Numbered from the stretch's first letter, positions 35,435 through 49,556 are shown. The stretch: 64,000 bases of DNA from Candidatus Lustribacter sp. (GCA_965277805.1 OZ255842.1:1280001-1344000); one strand, 5' to 3'. The notes: a model not told the origin generated them from the letters alone. Made by a program: numbers and translations.

Positions 35435-36979
35435 GTGCGCTCGGATCCAGGACTGACCGCTCCCATCAATCCTCCCCCGCAATTACCAGCAAGTTCGGCA
35501 GTGGTCACCAACCTCATCGAGGATCTGGCGCCCTTTTTCGACGACGGCGCGGCGGGACTGCAGCGACTGGTCTCGCGCATCCCGCTCCTGCTGGAAGTCG
35601 ACCGGGCTTACGTCGCGCGGATCAGTCCCGACGGCATGCGCTTCACGGTTACCCAGGCCTCCAAGGGCGACTGGCCGGATCTGCTCGGCTACACGCAATC
35701 GGCGGGCCGGCTGCCGGCCTTCGCCCGCGGCGCGCTCAAAAGCGGCGTCCAGGCGACGATCGATGATGCCCTGACCTTCCCGTTCACCCCCCAGCAGCGG
35801 AAGATGCTCTGGTACGGCGGCCTGCGCGGCACGGTGCTGACGCCGATCCGCTCGAACGGCGTCTGGATCGGCGCCCTGATCGTGGACGTGCTCAAGGCGC
35901 AGCGGATCTGGGACTTCCTGGTGCTCGACGCCTGTCGCTCGCTTGCTTTGGCTATCGGCGCCCGGCTGGCCCTCGCGAAGCTCGGCGACCACCTGGTAAC
36001 CGACGAGCGCGACCCGGTCCACGACATGCAGCGGCAGAACGTGATCGCTAACCTCGCTCACTTGCTGGATACCTCGAACGATCCTAACGCCGTGAGCGCG
36101 GAGGTGGTGGAATCGCTGGGCGCGCTGCACTGGGTACGCGCTGCCCGGCTGGCTCCGGCCGAAGACGAGGCCGACGTCGTTAAAAGCGCTCAAGCGAGCG
36201 AAGCGCTGGTCGTTACGAACCAGGACGGTACGACGCACGTCGGGCTCGCCCTTATGAATGAAGGCGAGCGCTTCGGCGGCATCGACATCGAACTCGCCGG
36301 CACGTCGCTGACCGACGTCGAGGAACAGTTCTTACGCAGCGTGCAGACCTTCGCGGGCTCGGCGTATGTGAGCGCGCTGCGGCGCGCGCGCCCGCGCAAC
36401 GAAGCGCTGTACGATTCGCTGACCGGCTTGCTCAATTTCCGCTCGATCAACGAAGTGCTGGTCGACGCGGTGCACGCCTCGAAGTCGTCCGGACGGCCGG
36501 TGTCGGTCTGGCTGCTCGATATCGACCGGCTCGACGGGATCAACCGCGATCACGGCTACGCGATCGGCGACGATGTCGTGAGCTATGTCGGACATACATT
36601 GCAGACGGTCGTCTCGTCGCGCGGCTCGGTCGGCCGAGTCGGCGGCGGCCTCTACCTCGCGCTCTTTCCGGGGATGGATCACGACGAAGCGTCGGTGCAG
36701 GGCCGCATGATGGTCGAGCGCATCACGAAGAATGTACCGCCGCATCTGCCGCAAATCGCGCTCTCGATCGGCGTTTCGGCCTTTCCGCTCGATGCGGGCA
36801 GCCAAGACGATCTCGTCCGCTTTGCGCGCCTCGCCCTCTACATGGCGAAGGGCAGCGGCAGCAACCGCGTCGTCGCCGCCGATCCGAAGAATCCACGCTG
36901 GGTCAGCGACGCACGAGCAGCCTTCGTGCGCTCGGTAACCGAAGCGCAGATGCCTACATCACTGCAGGAGCGCCGCTAG
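35435..36979 (+). CDS. GAF + degenerate GGDEF domain protein
   Basis: Start reassigned to GTG 35435 (GAAAGGA RBS). YDSLTGLLN and LDID..IN..GY.IGD present, but the signature is GGGLY. Confidence 0.85.
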   Translation: MRSDPGLTAPINPPPQLPASSAVVTNLIEDLAPFFDDGAAGLQRLVSRIPLLLEVDRAYVARISPDGMRFTVTQASKGDWPDLLGYTQSAGRLPAFARGALKSGVQATIDDALTFPFTPQQRKMLWYGGLRGTVLTPIRSNGVWIGALIVDVLKAQRIWDFLVLDACRSLALAIGARLALAKLGDHLVTDERDPVHDMQRQNVIANLAHLLDTSNDPNAVSAEVVESLGALHWVRAARLAPAEDEADVVKSAQASEALVVTNQDGTTHVGLALMNEGERFGGIDIELAGTSLTDVEEQFLRSVQTFAGSAYVSALRRARPRNEALYDSLTGLLNFRSINEVLVDAVHASKSSGRPVSVWLLDIDRLDGINRDHGYAIGDDVVSYVGHTLQTVVSSRGSVGRVGGGLYLALFPGMDHDEASVQGRMMVERITKNVPPHLPQIALSIGVSAFPLDAGSQDDLVRFARLALYMAKGSGSNRVVAADPKNPRWVSDARAAFVRSVTEAQMPTSLQERR

Positions 36980-37056
36980 CGCGAACGAGCGGTCCTTCTG
37001 CCGGCCAACCCTCGAAGGCTAAAACAGCAACTCTTCCCGAAAACAAGTAGAACCCC

Positions 37057-40574
<3,518 letters not shown>

Positions 40575-40578
<4 letters not shown>

Positions 40579-41786
40579 AACTGCCGCAGGGGGTTCGCGA
40601 CTGGCTGCCGCACGAGCTCGCGCGCAAGCGCGACGTCGAACAAATCTTACGCGCGGTGTTCGGGCGCTGGTCGTACGAAGAAGTGCAAACGCCGACGTTC
40701 GAACGCTTCGACGTCATCGAGAAGGGGCTCGGCCACGAGCTGACCGAGCTGTCGTTTCAGTTCAACGATCGCCGTTCGACCGCGCTCGCGCTGCGGCCGG
40801 AGCTCACGACGCCGATCGCGCGGCTCGTCTCGACGCGAATGCGTGAGGCTCCGCTGCCGCTGCGCCTGTCGTACGTTGCGACGGCCTTCCGCTACTACGA
40901 ACAGCCGCAAGAAGGCCGGATGCGCGAGTTCACGCAGGCCGGCGTCGAGCTGATCGGTTCGCCCGGCATCGACGCCGACGCGGAGACGCTCTTCATGGCG
41001 ATCGAAGCGTGCGATGAGATCGGGATGCGCGACGCCACCTACGACATCAACGATTCGCGCATCGTCGACGGCCTGCTGGCCGGCGTCGGCTTGAGCGGCG
41101 ATGCGATTCCAGCCGCCAAAGCGTTGATGAAGGAGCGCAACATCGTCGGCTTGCGCGCGTTCGAGAAGCCGCTGCTGATCGAATTCGCCTTGCGCCGCGG
41201 CGGGCGCGACGGCATCGCGGCGGCGCGCAAGGTGTGCGCGACGCCGGAGAGCCAGGCCGCCCTCGACCGCCTCGAGACGCTGCTGATCCGTGCGGCCGCG
41301 CTCGGCTACGGTGACCGCGTGTCGGTCGACTTCGCGCTGTTGCGCGACCTCGATTACTACACCGGATTCATCTTCGAAGGCTATCTGCCCGAAATCGGTT
41401 TTCCGCTGTGCGGCGGCGGTCGCTACGATTCGCTGCTGCCGAAATTCGGCTATGCGGTGCCAGCCGTCGGCTGGAGCGCCGGCGTCGAACGCCTGCTGAT
41501 CGCGCTCGAGCGGCGCGGCAAGCACATCACGCGCCGGCGTCATCGCGTCGACGTGCTGGTGAGCGGAGCCGACGTCGTGGCGACGCGCGAACGCGCCGCC
41601 GGCAACGTCGTGCGCTACGCATCGAGCGGCCAGGATGAAAAGGAACTGATCGCCGAAGCGCGCGCGCACGGCATCCCGCGCGTCGTCATTGCGGAGAACG
41701 GCGACATCCGTGAAGTTCGCGTCACCGCCACGCCCGAAAAACGCCTGCCCAAGGCCAACACGCCGCGCAAGACGGAAGCGCTCTGA
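40575..41786 (+). CDS. hisZ: ATP phosphoribosyltransferase regulatory subunit
   Basis: LPQGVRD, LRPELTTPIAR, REFTQAGVELIG, DYYTG, GGGRYD; precedes short hisG. Confidence 0.95.
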
Positions 41787-42412
41787 TGCTGACGATCGCG
41801 ATGCCCAAAGGCGCGCTCTACGACGACTCGGCGGCGCGCTTGCGTACCGCGGGCATCGACGTTCCGGACGACGTCGGCCGCAAGCTCGCGGTCGTTACCT
41901 CGGACGGCACGCAATTGCTGTTCTTGCGTCCCTCGGACGTTCCGGCATACGTCGAGTTCGGCGCGGCCGATTGCGGGATTACCGGCAAAGACGTGCTTTG
42001 GGAAACCGATCGCACGGTGAGCGAACTCGCCGACCTCGGCTTCGGCTACTGCCGTTTGTGCGTTGCTGCGCGCCGCATCGACCGCTATCACGAGGGCGCC
42101 CCGTTTCCGACGTTCTTGCGCGTGGCGACGAAGTTCGCGCGCTCGGCGGAGGCGTACTTTGCCGAGCGGGATTTGCCGGTCGAGCTGATCCCGCTCCACG
42201 GTTCGGTCGAGCTGAGCCCGGTCGTCGGACTGGCCGACCTGATCGTCGATCTCGTGGCGACCGGCAACACGCTGCGCGAACACGACATGGTCATCGTCGA
42301 TGAGATCGCGCCGAGCACCGCTCGCTTTGTCGTGAACCCGGTGCGCTTCCGCACGAAGTACGACGAGATCACGGCGCTGCTCGAACGGCTCGACGGCACC
42401 GTTCGCGCATGA
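41786..42412 (+). CDS. hisG: ATP phosphoribosyltransferase (short form)
   Basis: IAMPKG, DVPAYVEFGAADCGITGKD, VATKF, GSVEL, IVDLVATGNTL. Confidence 0.96.
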   Translation: MLTIAMPKGALYDDSAARLRTAGIDVPDDVGRKLAVVTSDGTQLLFLRPSDVPAYVEFGAADCGITGKDVLWETDRTVSELADLGFGYCRLCVAARRIDRYHEGAPFPTFLRVATKFARSAEAYFAERDLPVELIPLHGSVELSPVVGLADLIVDLVATGNTLREHDMVIVDEIAPSTARFVVNPVRFRTKYDEITALLERLDGTVRA

Positions 42413-43698
42413 TCGTCGTTGACGCCGCCGACGAGCAGGCGCTAGCGCCGCTTTACGCCGGTGGCTGGGACGCGCCGCGCGACGTGCGCGACCGCGTGGC
42501 GAACATTCTCGATGACGTGCGCGACCGCGGCGATGCGGCCGTGGTGGAGTTGACGCAGCGCTTCGATCACCCCGAAGCGAGCGTTGCGACGTTGCGCCGC
42601 GACGTGCCGGTGCGCAAGAACGCGCGCGGCCTGGTTCCCGAGGTGATCGCGGCGGGGCTAGAACTCGCGCGCGAACGCATCACCGATTATCACGCGCGCC
42701 AAAAGCCGGCCGAGATCCGCTATCACACCGCCGATGCGAGCGAATACGCATTTCTCTCGCGGCCCTTGCATAGCATCGGCGCCTACGTGCCGGGCGGCAG
42801 CGCGTCGTTGCCCTCAACCGTGCTGATGACGGTCGTTCCGGCCAAGGTCGCGGGCGTGGATCGCGTCGTGGTTGCGACGCCGCCGCAGCGCGACGGCTCG
42901 ATCAATCCGGCGATTCTCTACGCTTGCAGCTTGTGCGGCGTCGACGAGCTGTATGCGGCCGGCGGCGCGCAAGCCATCGGCGCGCTGGCATTCGGGACGG
43001 CGACGCTGCGGGCGGTCGACAAGATCGTCGGGCCCGGCAACGTGTACGTTACCGAGGCCAAACGTCAGGTTTTCGGCGTGTGCGGCATCGACGGTTTGGC
43101 CGGTCCGTCGGAAGTGCTGGTCGTGTGCGACGAGCGTGCGCGGCCCGAATTCGTCGCCGGTGAGCTGATCGCGCAAGCGGAACACGACCCGCTGGCCCGT
43201 GTCGCGGCCGTGTCGCGCGATCGTGCGATCCTCGCTGCGGTCGCGGCGCTTTTGACCGGCGACTTCGCGCGCGAAACCGGTCGCGGCGAGATCGTGCAGC
43301 GCGTGCTGGACGAACGGACCTGGCTCATCCATGCCGGCAGCGAGAACGCGGTGTTCGAGGTCATCGAGCGCTTTGCGCCCGAGCATCTCTCGCTGCAAAT
43401 CGCCGATCCGTGGAGCCTCGTGCCGCGCATCCGGCGCGCCGGCGCGATCTTCATCGGGGACCACACGCCGGTAGCGGCGGGCGATTACATCGCCGGCACC
43501 AACCACACACTGCCGACGTCGGGCGCGAGCCGTTTTGCGTCCGGCTTGCGCACGGCCGACTACTATCGCACGATGTCGGTGGTCGAAAATAGCGCGCAGC
43601 GGATGGCCGCGGACGCCGAAACGCTGGCCGCGCTGGCCGAGTTCGAAGGGCTGCCGGCGCACGCGCGCACGGCTCGCATGCGTATCGAACCCCGATAG
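42409..43698 (+). CDS. hisD: Histidinol dehydrogenase
   Basis: YVPGG, GPGNVYV, AGPSEV, QAEHD, APEHL, GDYIAGTNHTLPT. Confidence 0.97.
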   Translation: MIVVDAADEQALAPLYAGGWDAPRDVRDRVANILDDVRDRGDAAVVELTQRFDHPEASVATLRRDVPVRKNARGLVPEVIAAGLELARERITDYHARQKPAEIRYHTADASEYAFLSRPLHSIGAYVPGGSASLPSTVLMTVVPAKVAGVDRVVVATPPQRDGSINPAILYACSLCGVDELYAAGGAQAIGALAFGTATLRAVDKIVGPGNVYVTEAKRQVFGVCGIDGLAGPSEVLVVCDERARPEFVAGELIAQAEHDPLARVAAVSRDRAILAAVAALLTGDFARETGRGEIVQRVLDERTWLIHAGSENAVFEVIERFAPEHLSLQIADPWSLVPRIRRAGAIFIGDHTPVAAGDYIAGTNHTLPTSGASRFASGLRTADYYRTMSVVENSAQRMAADAETLAALAEFEGLPAHARTARMRIEPR

Positions 43699-43714
43699 CG
43701 AATAGGTCCTTCCG

Positions 43715-44524
43715 ATGGTAAGCACCCGGATCCGGCTGGTCGCGCTGGACCTCGATGGCACGCTCGTCGGGGCCGATCTCGCGATCTCGGCGCGCGTGCG
43801 CGACACGATCGCCAAGGCACGCACGCGCGGCGCGGAAATCACGATCGTCACCGGCCGGATGTTCGCGGCAACGAAGCCGTTTGCGCAAACGCTCGGGATC
43901 ACCGGCCCCGTCGTGTGCTACCAGGGTGCGGCGATATTCGAAGTTGCGACCGGCTCGGTGTTGCGTCAAACGCCGGTGCACCAAGACGTGACCCGTACGG
44001 TGCTCGCATGGGCGGAAGAACACCACGTGCACGCGCAGTGCTATGCGGACGACAAACTCTACATGCAAGAGGTCAACCGCTTTTCCAAGCGCTACACCGA
44101 TCTCGCGAAGGTCGAGCCCACCCTCGTGCCGTCGCTGCGCGCGGCGTTTGCCGATCAGCCGTCGATCAAGATCGTGCTGGTCGACGATCCGGGACCCTCG
44201 GAGCAGCATCTCGCCGACCTGAAAGCGCTGCTCGGCGATCGCGCGTATCTCACGCGCAGCCATGTCGATTTCGTTGAAGTCCTCGCGCCCGAAGTGAACA
44301 AGGGTGAGGCGCTCGCATTCGTCGCGCAGCGGTACGGCGTAACGCTGGCGGAGACGCTGGCGGTCGGCGATGCCTGGAACGACGTTCCGCTGATCACGGC
44401 CGCCGGCATCGGCGTTGCGATGGGCTCGGGACCGCCGGAACTCTTCGCGAAAGCCGATGCGGTCGTCGGCGACGTCGCACACGACGGCGTTGCCGAAGCG
44501 ATCGAACGGTACGTGCTCACGTGA
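43715..44524 (+). CDS. Cof-type HAD-IIB hydrolase
   Basis: DLDGTL, TGR, VNKG, GDAWND, DGVA. Confidence 0.93.
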   Translation: MVSTRIRLVALDLDGTLVGADLAISARVRDTIAKARTRGAEITIVTGRMFAATKPFAQTLGITGPVVCYQGAAIFEVATGSVLRQTPVHQDVTRTVLAWAEEHHVHAQCYADDKLYMQEVNRFSKRYTDLAKVEPTLVPSLRAAFADQPSIKIVLVDDPGPSEQHLADLKALLGDRAYLTRSHVDFVEVLAPEVNKGEALAFVAQRYGVTLAETLAVGDAWNDVPLITAAGIGVAMGSGPPELFAKADAVVGDVAHDGVAEAIERYVLT

Positions 44525-45276
44525 GCACCGCCTCGCGCGTTCGCCGGCGCACGAAACCCTCGATTGCTGTTCGCGTGCGCACGTTCTGGGTGATCGCGCT
44601 GCTGTCGGCTTGCGTCGTTGCGGCGCTCGCCGTGGCGTTCACGAATGCGCCGCAGTTGCGGGTGCATTCGGTCACGGCGAACGTGCCGGCGAACGGTCCG
44701 GTGACGAAGGATGCGGCGATCGCCGCGGCGCGCATCGATCCCGATGCGAACTTGTGGCTATTGAATACCGGCGCGATCCGCGCGCGTCTCGATGCTATTC
44801 CGTATGTTGCGAGCGCCGTCGTTCACCGCGCGCAGTTTCCGCATCCGGCTGTCGTGCTCGATGTAACGCTGCGCGTGCCGACCGGATGCGTGACGACCTC
44901 GAGCGGCACGATGACGATCGATGCGAGCGCGCGCGTGCTGCAGACGGGCTGCGTCTCGACGGCTTTGCCGCAAGTCGATATCGGCAGCGGTCCGGCCGTG
45001 GCGCCGGGCGCGATTCTGACCGCCCCCGACATCGACCGCTTGCTTGCTGATGCGCGTGCGATCGGCGAGCACATTCCGGTCCATACGGTGCGCCGCGACC
45101 GCTTCGGCGGACTCGAGGCGATCGACAGCCGCGGGGTGCTCCTGAAGTTCGGATCGGATGCCGACTTAGCAGCCAAGCTCGCCTTGGTCGAGCCGATCCG
45201 GCGCAGCGCCGGAGGGCGCCCGCTGCGGGTCATCGACCTGCGCGCCCCAGCCACCCCGGTGGTCGAATTTCCATAG
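44521..45276 (+). CDS. ftsQ: Cell division protein FtsQ/DivIB
   Basis: Basic N-terminus, single TM, POTRA-like region, C-terminal IDLR; directly upstream of ftsA. Confidence 0.85.
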   Translation: MSTASRVRRRTKPSIAVRVRTFWVIALLSACVVAALAVAFTNAPQLRVHSVTANVPANGPVTKDAAIAAARIDPDANLWLLNTGAIRARLDAIPYVASAVVHRAQFPHPAVVLDVTLRVPTGCVTTSSGTMTIDASARVLQTGCVSTALPQVDIGSGPAVAPGAILTAPDIDRLLADARAIGEHIPVHTVRRDRFGGLEAIDSRGVLLKFGSDADLAAKLALVEPIRRSAGGRPLRVIDLRAPATPVVEFP

Positions 45277-45301
45277 ACCTTGTAGGGACTGCGCCTCTCA
45301 C

Positions 45302-45317
45302 CCACAATATATAGTGT
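45302..45317. promoter_or_regulatory. NrdR-box-like palindrome upstream of ftsA
   Basis: CCACAATATATAGTGT, 15/16 match to acaCwAtATaTwGtgt. Confidence 0.6.
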
Positions 45318-45341
45318 TCATAGTATGGAAGGCGGCTTGTA

Positions 45342-46565
45342 GTGGCACGCGGCGAGATTATCGCTGGGCTAGACATCGGCACGACGAAAACGTGTGCCGT
45401 CATCGCCGCCTCGGGTCCCGACGGTTTGGAGATCATCGGGATCGGCGAAGCCCCCTCAACGGGCATGCGGAAAGGCGTCGTGACGGACCTCGAAGAGACC
45501 GTCCGGGCGATCGAAGCGGCGACCGAAAAGGCCGAGCGGATGGCTGGTGTCCACGTGTCGCACGTGTACGTCGGCGTCACCGGCGAGCATATCCAATCGA
45601 CGAACAATCGCGGCGTGGTCGCGGTCTCCGGTGAGGATCGCGAGGTCATTGCCGCCGACGTCAAGCGCGTCGTCGATGCATCGAAAATCATCAACCTCGC
45701 GGCCGACCGTCAAATCATTCACGCCTTGCCGCGGCATTACACGATCGACGGACAAGACGGCGTTACCGATCCGCTCGGGATGTCCGGCAGCCGCCTCGAA
45801 GTCGACACGCACATCATTACCGGCGGCGCGACGTTCATCGCGAACGTGCTCAAGTGCGTGCACCGCGCGGGCCTCGAACCGGCCGGCATCGTGTTCGAGC
45901 CGTTGGCATCGTCGGCGGCGACCCTGCTCTCGGAAGAGAAACACGTCGGCTGCGTGCTGCTCGACATCGGCGGCGGCACCACGGACATCGCGGTGTTCGC
46001 CAACGGCGGCGTGATTCACAGCGCCACGATTCCGGTCGGCGGCAACATCCTCAGCAACGACATCGCGTTGGGGCTGAAAACGACGTCGGCCGAAGCCGAA
46101 AATGTCAAACGCACGTACGGTTCGGGACTGACGCGTCCGGACGAAGCGGAACAGACGTTTCACGTGAAGACGCTCGACGGCCGCAGCACGCGCGAGGTCA
46201 CGTCGGGGCAGCTGCGCGCGATCGTGCTGCCGCGCGTGCTCGAGATGTTCCGCCTTGCAAAATCGAACATCGTCGAACATCTGCCGCGCGATCAAGTGCT
46301 GAGCGAAGTCGTCATCACCGGTGGCGGCGCGCACCTGCGCGGCATCGAAACGACGGCTGCCGAGATCTTCGGCCTGCCGGTGCGTTTGGGGGTTCCGGCG
46401 ACGATCGCCGGCTTGACCGATTCCGTCAAACAGCCGGAATACGCGACCGCCGTCGGCCTCGTGCTGTTCGGCCCGCGCGGCGAAGCCGCCCCGCATCTCA
46501 ACGGCCGCACCGGCGGCACCGCATTCGCCAAGCTTTGGACGTGGTTCACGTCCATCTGGAACTGA
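45342..46565 (+). CDS. ftsA: Cell division protein FtsA
   Basis: [36 protein letters not shown]. Confidence 0.98.
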   Translation: MARGEIIAGLDIGTTKTCAVIAASGPDGLEIIGIGEAPSTGMRKGVVTDLEETVRAIEAATEKAERMAGVHVSHVYVGVTGEHIQSTNNRGVVAVSGEDREVIAADVKRVVDASKIINLAADRQIIHALPRHYTIDGQDGVTDPLGMSGSRLEVDTHIITGGATFIANVLKCVHRAGLEPAGIVFEPLASSAATLLSEEKHVGCVLLDIGGGTTDIAVFANGGVIHSATIPVGGNILSNDIALGLKTTSAEAENVKRTYGSGLTRPDEAEQTFHVKTLDGRSTREVTSGQLRAIVLPRVLEMFRLAKSNIVEHLPRDQVLSEVVITGGGAHLRGIETTAAEIFGLPVRLGVPATIAGLTDSVKQPEYATAVGLVLFGPRGEAAPHLNGRTGGTAFAKLWTWFTSIWN

Positions 46566-46699
46566 GCGCGATGACGAGCGGCGATCCACAGTATTCGCCG
46601 TTTACACATCGTCCACAGAAGTCTGGACCGGCTAGGCCCCACCCATCGTCCGAACCAACTCTACTGCAAACTCGTCTCTTCCCGGAGGACCCGCACATC

Positions 46700-47773
46700 A
46701 TGGCCGACGCGAAACGTTTCGTCCCCGAACACGCCGCGACAATCAAAGTTCTGGGGCTGGGCGGCGGTGGTTGCAACGCCGTCAACCGCATGATCGAAGC
46801 CGGGCTCTCCGGCGTTGAGTTCTATGCAATCAACACCGACGTTCAAGCGCTTCGTTCATCGAGGACGGACAACACGGTGCAGATCGGTGCGAACCTCACG
46901 CGCGGTCTCGGCGCGGGCGCGAATCCGAACATCGGGCGCGAAGCCGCGGAAGAATCGCGCGAAGATCTCGCGATGCTGCTCGACGGTGCCGATCTCGTGT
47001 TCATCACGAGCGGCATGGGCGGCGGCACCGGTACGGGCGCGGCGGCAGTCGTGGCCGAACTCGCGCGCGAATCGGGTGCGCTGACGATCGGCGTGATCAC
47101 GAAGCCGTTCGCCTTCGAAGGCCGCAAGCGCATGCAGGCGGCCGAGCGCGGCATCGCCGATCTCGAAGCCAAATGCGATACGCTGATCACGATTCCGAAC
47201 GAGCGCATCCTGCAGATCATCGAGAAGCGCACGCCGCTCAACGAAGCGTTCGCGTACGCCGACGACGTGCTGCGTCAAGGTATTCAGGGCATCTCCGATC
47301 TGATCACGCAACCCGGGCTGATCAACCTCGACTTCGCCGACGTGAAGACGATCATGACGGATGCCGGCTCCGCGATGATGGGCATCGGTGAAGGTTCGGG
47401 CGAGCATCGCGCCGCCGACGCCGCGCAGAAGGCGATCGCTTCGCCGTTGCTCGAGACCACGATCGAAGGCGCGCGCGGCGTGATCTTCAACATCACCGGC
47501 GGCCCCGATCTTTCGATGTACGAAGTGAACGAAGCGGCCGACATGATCAGCCGCGCGGTCGACTCCGAAGCGCAGATCATCTTCGGCGCATCGATCGATG
47601 CGGCAATGCAAGGCCGCGTTCGCGTTACGGTCCTGGCGGCCGGCTTCGGCACGCGTCCGCTGCGCACGAGTTCGGCGCTCGGCTCATCCGCGCACCCGCT
47701 CGACTTCGACAAGATCGCTCCGGTCAACATGGACGACATCGAAGTTCCGGCGTTCCTGCGCTATCGGGCGTAA
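46700..47773 (+). CDS. ftsZ: Cell division protein FtsZ
   Basis: Start ATG 46700 after [32 protein letters not shown]-terminal IEVPAFLR. Confidence 0.99.
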   Translation: MADAKRFVPEHAATIKVLGLGGGGCNAVNRMIEAGLSGVEFYAINTDVQALRSSRTDNTVQIGANLTRGLGAGANPNIGREAAEESREDLAMLLDGADLVFITSGMGGGTGTGAAAVVAELARESGALTIGVITKPFAFEGRKRMQAAERGIADLEAKCDTLITIPNERILQIIEKRTPLNEAFAYADDVLRQGIQGISDLITQPGLINLDFADVKTIMTDAGSAMMGIGEGSGEHRAADAAQKAIASPLLETTIEGARGVIFNITGGPDLSMYEVNEAADMISRAVDSEAQIIFGASIDAAMQGRVRVTVLAAGFGTRPLRTSSALGSSAHPLDFDKIAPVNMDDIEVPAFLRYRA

Positions 47774-47779
47774 GGCGAA

Positions 47780-48949
47780 GTGGTCGCGGCAGCGACGAGC
47801 GATCGGGCCATCGCGATTCGCCGCGAGATCCATCGTTTTCCCGAATTAGGCTTCGAAGAACATCGGACGTCGGCGCTGGTCGAGCGCGAACTCGACGAGC
47901 TCGGTATCGAGCATCGGCGGGTTGCAGGAACCGGCGTCGTCGGGGTGATTCGCGGCGCGTTGCCGGGCAAGACGGCGGGGCTGCGCGCCGACATGGATGC
48001 GCTGCCGATCGATGAAGACTCGGGCGAGTCGTGTGCGAGCGAGGTGCCGGGAAAGATGCACGCGTGCGGTCACGACGCGCACACCGCCATGCTCTTGGGC
48101 GCGGCGCGCGAATTGAGCGGCCGGCGCGCGACGTTGCACGGTAACGTCGTGCTGCTCTTTCAACCGGCGGAAGAAGGACCGGGTGGCGCGGAACCGATGA
48201 TCGCCGCCGGCGCGCTCGACGATCCGCGCGTCGATGCGATCACGATGCTGCACGTCGATCCGCGCCTGCCGACCGGCAAGATCGGCATCACGCCGGGTCC
48301 GGTGAACGCGGCCGCCGACGAATTGCATCTTACGATTCGCGGATCCGGCGGACACGGCGGTTATCCGCATCTCGCCGTCGACGCGATTCCGGCGGCTGCG
48401 GCGACCGTGCTGGCACTGCAAAATATCGCGTCGCGCGAAACGGATCCGTTTGCGTCGCTGGTCATCACGATCGGCACGATCGCGGGCGGTTACCGTAACA
48501 ACGTGATCGCGGATCGCGTGCAGATGACGGGGACGATTCGCACCTACGATCCCACGATTCGAAAGGGCATCGAAGCGCGCATCCGGCGCATCGCCGACGG
48601 CGTTGCGGCCGCGTATGCGTGCACCGCCGAGATCAACGTGGCGTACGGGTATCCGCCGGTGGTGAACAACGTCGCGCTCGCGCGCGCGTTCACCGACTAC
48701 GTGCGCGAACGCAACGGCACGCCGGTCGAACAGTTGCCGCCGACGATGGGCGCGGAAGACTTCGCGTATTTTGCCGAACGCGTGCCGGGCGTCGTGGCGC
48801 GGCTGGGCATCTATAACGAAGCGCTCGGGTCGGTGCACTCCGGCCACAGCCCGCAATTCCGGCTCGATGAGGCGGCGATTCCGACCGGCATCGCGACCCT
48901 GGTCGCCTTCGCCGAGGGCGTGACCTCGGGAGCGATCCAGCCGCAATAG
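47780..48949 (+). CDS. M20 family amidohydrolase
   Basis: HRFPELGFEE, LRADMDALP, MHACGHDAH, FQPAEE, EDF. Confidence 0.94.
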   Translation: MVAAATSDRAIAIRREIHRFPELGFEEHRTSALVERELDELGIEHRRVAGTGVVGVIRGALPGKTAGLRADMDALPIDEDSGESCASEVPGKMHACGHDAHTAMLLGAARELSGRRATLHGNVVLLFQPAEEGPGGAEPMIAAGALDDPRVDAITMLHVDPRLPTGKIGITPGPVNAAADELHLTIRGSGGHGGYPHLAVDAIPAAAATVLALQNIASRETDPFASLVITIGTIAGGYRNNVIADRVQMTGTIRTYDPTIRKGIEARIRRIADGVAAAYACTAEINVAYGYPPVVNNVALARAFTDYVRERNGTPVEQLPPTMGAEDFAYFAERVPGVVARLGIYNEALGSVHSGHSPQFRLDEAAIPTGIATLVAFAEGVTSGAIQPQ

Positions 48950-48987
48950 ATTGGGGATGCTTGGCCGCTTGCCCCAATATCTAGTGG
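48941..48987. promoter_or_regulatory. Tandem NrdR-box-like sites (31-bp spacing) upstream of the SRPBCC gene
   Basis: CCGCAATAGATTGGGG (48941) and CCCCAATATCTAGTGG (48972). Confidence 0.55.
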
Positions 48988-49030
48988 TTAAGGAAGGTTA
49001 AGCCTGCCGGCGGCGCCAAACATTTGCTGC

Positions 49031-49534
49031 ATGGCGGTCCCCGCGTATACGTTCGATCGCCCGTCGACTCGGGCGATCCACCGCGCTCAAGACGTCGCCT
49101 CGCCGGCGGCCACGGCGTTCGCAAGGATTTGCGAAGTGGAGAAGTGGCCGGTGTGGCTATCGTTTCTGCGCTCGGCGCGGCTCACCGAGCCGCACCTGCC
49201 GTTCGGCGAAGGCAGCGAGGTAGCGATCCGCTCGCGCTTGCCCGGCGAAGAGGAAGAGCTCTTCGAAGTCGACCGGTTCATCCCGGGTTTCCACATGTCG
49301 CTGGTCGGCGCGTTTTCGTGCCGGCGCCGGCTGGACTTCCGGGTCGAGCAGAAGTCCGAGCGCTCGAAGGTCGTGGTCAAGCTCGACTACCCGACCTACG
49401 GCGGAGTCGTCGCCGCCCTGGTCGACCGCCTCACGCTGCGGCGGAGACTCGAAACGGCGCTCGGCGACTCGCTGCTGCACTTCAAGGGCTTGGTTGAATT
49501 TGACCGCGAGGACGGCGTCCTGACCGATTTTTGA
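49031..49534 (+). CDS. SRPBCC/polyketide cyclase family protein
   Basis: F..I.EVEKWPVW motif and C-terminal helix L..FK.LVE. Confidence 0.8.
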   Translation: MAVPAYTFDRPSTRAIHRAQDVASPAATAFARICEVEKWPVWLSFLRSARLTEPHLPFGEGSEVAIRSRLPGEEEELFEVDRFIPGFHMSLVGAFSCRRRLDFRVEQKSERSKVVVKLDYPTYGGVVAALVDRLTLRRRLETALGDSLLHFKGLVEFDREDGVLTDF

Positions 49535-49556
49535 CGGTGCACGCGGCTAGCAGTCG

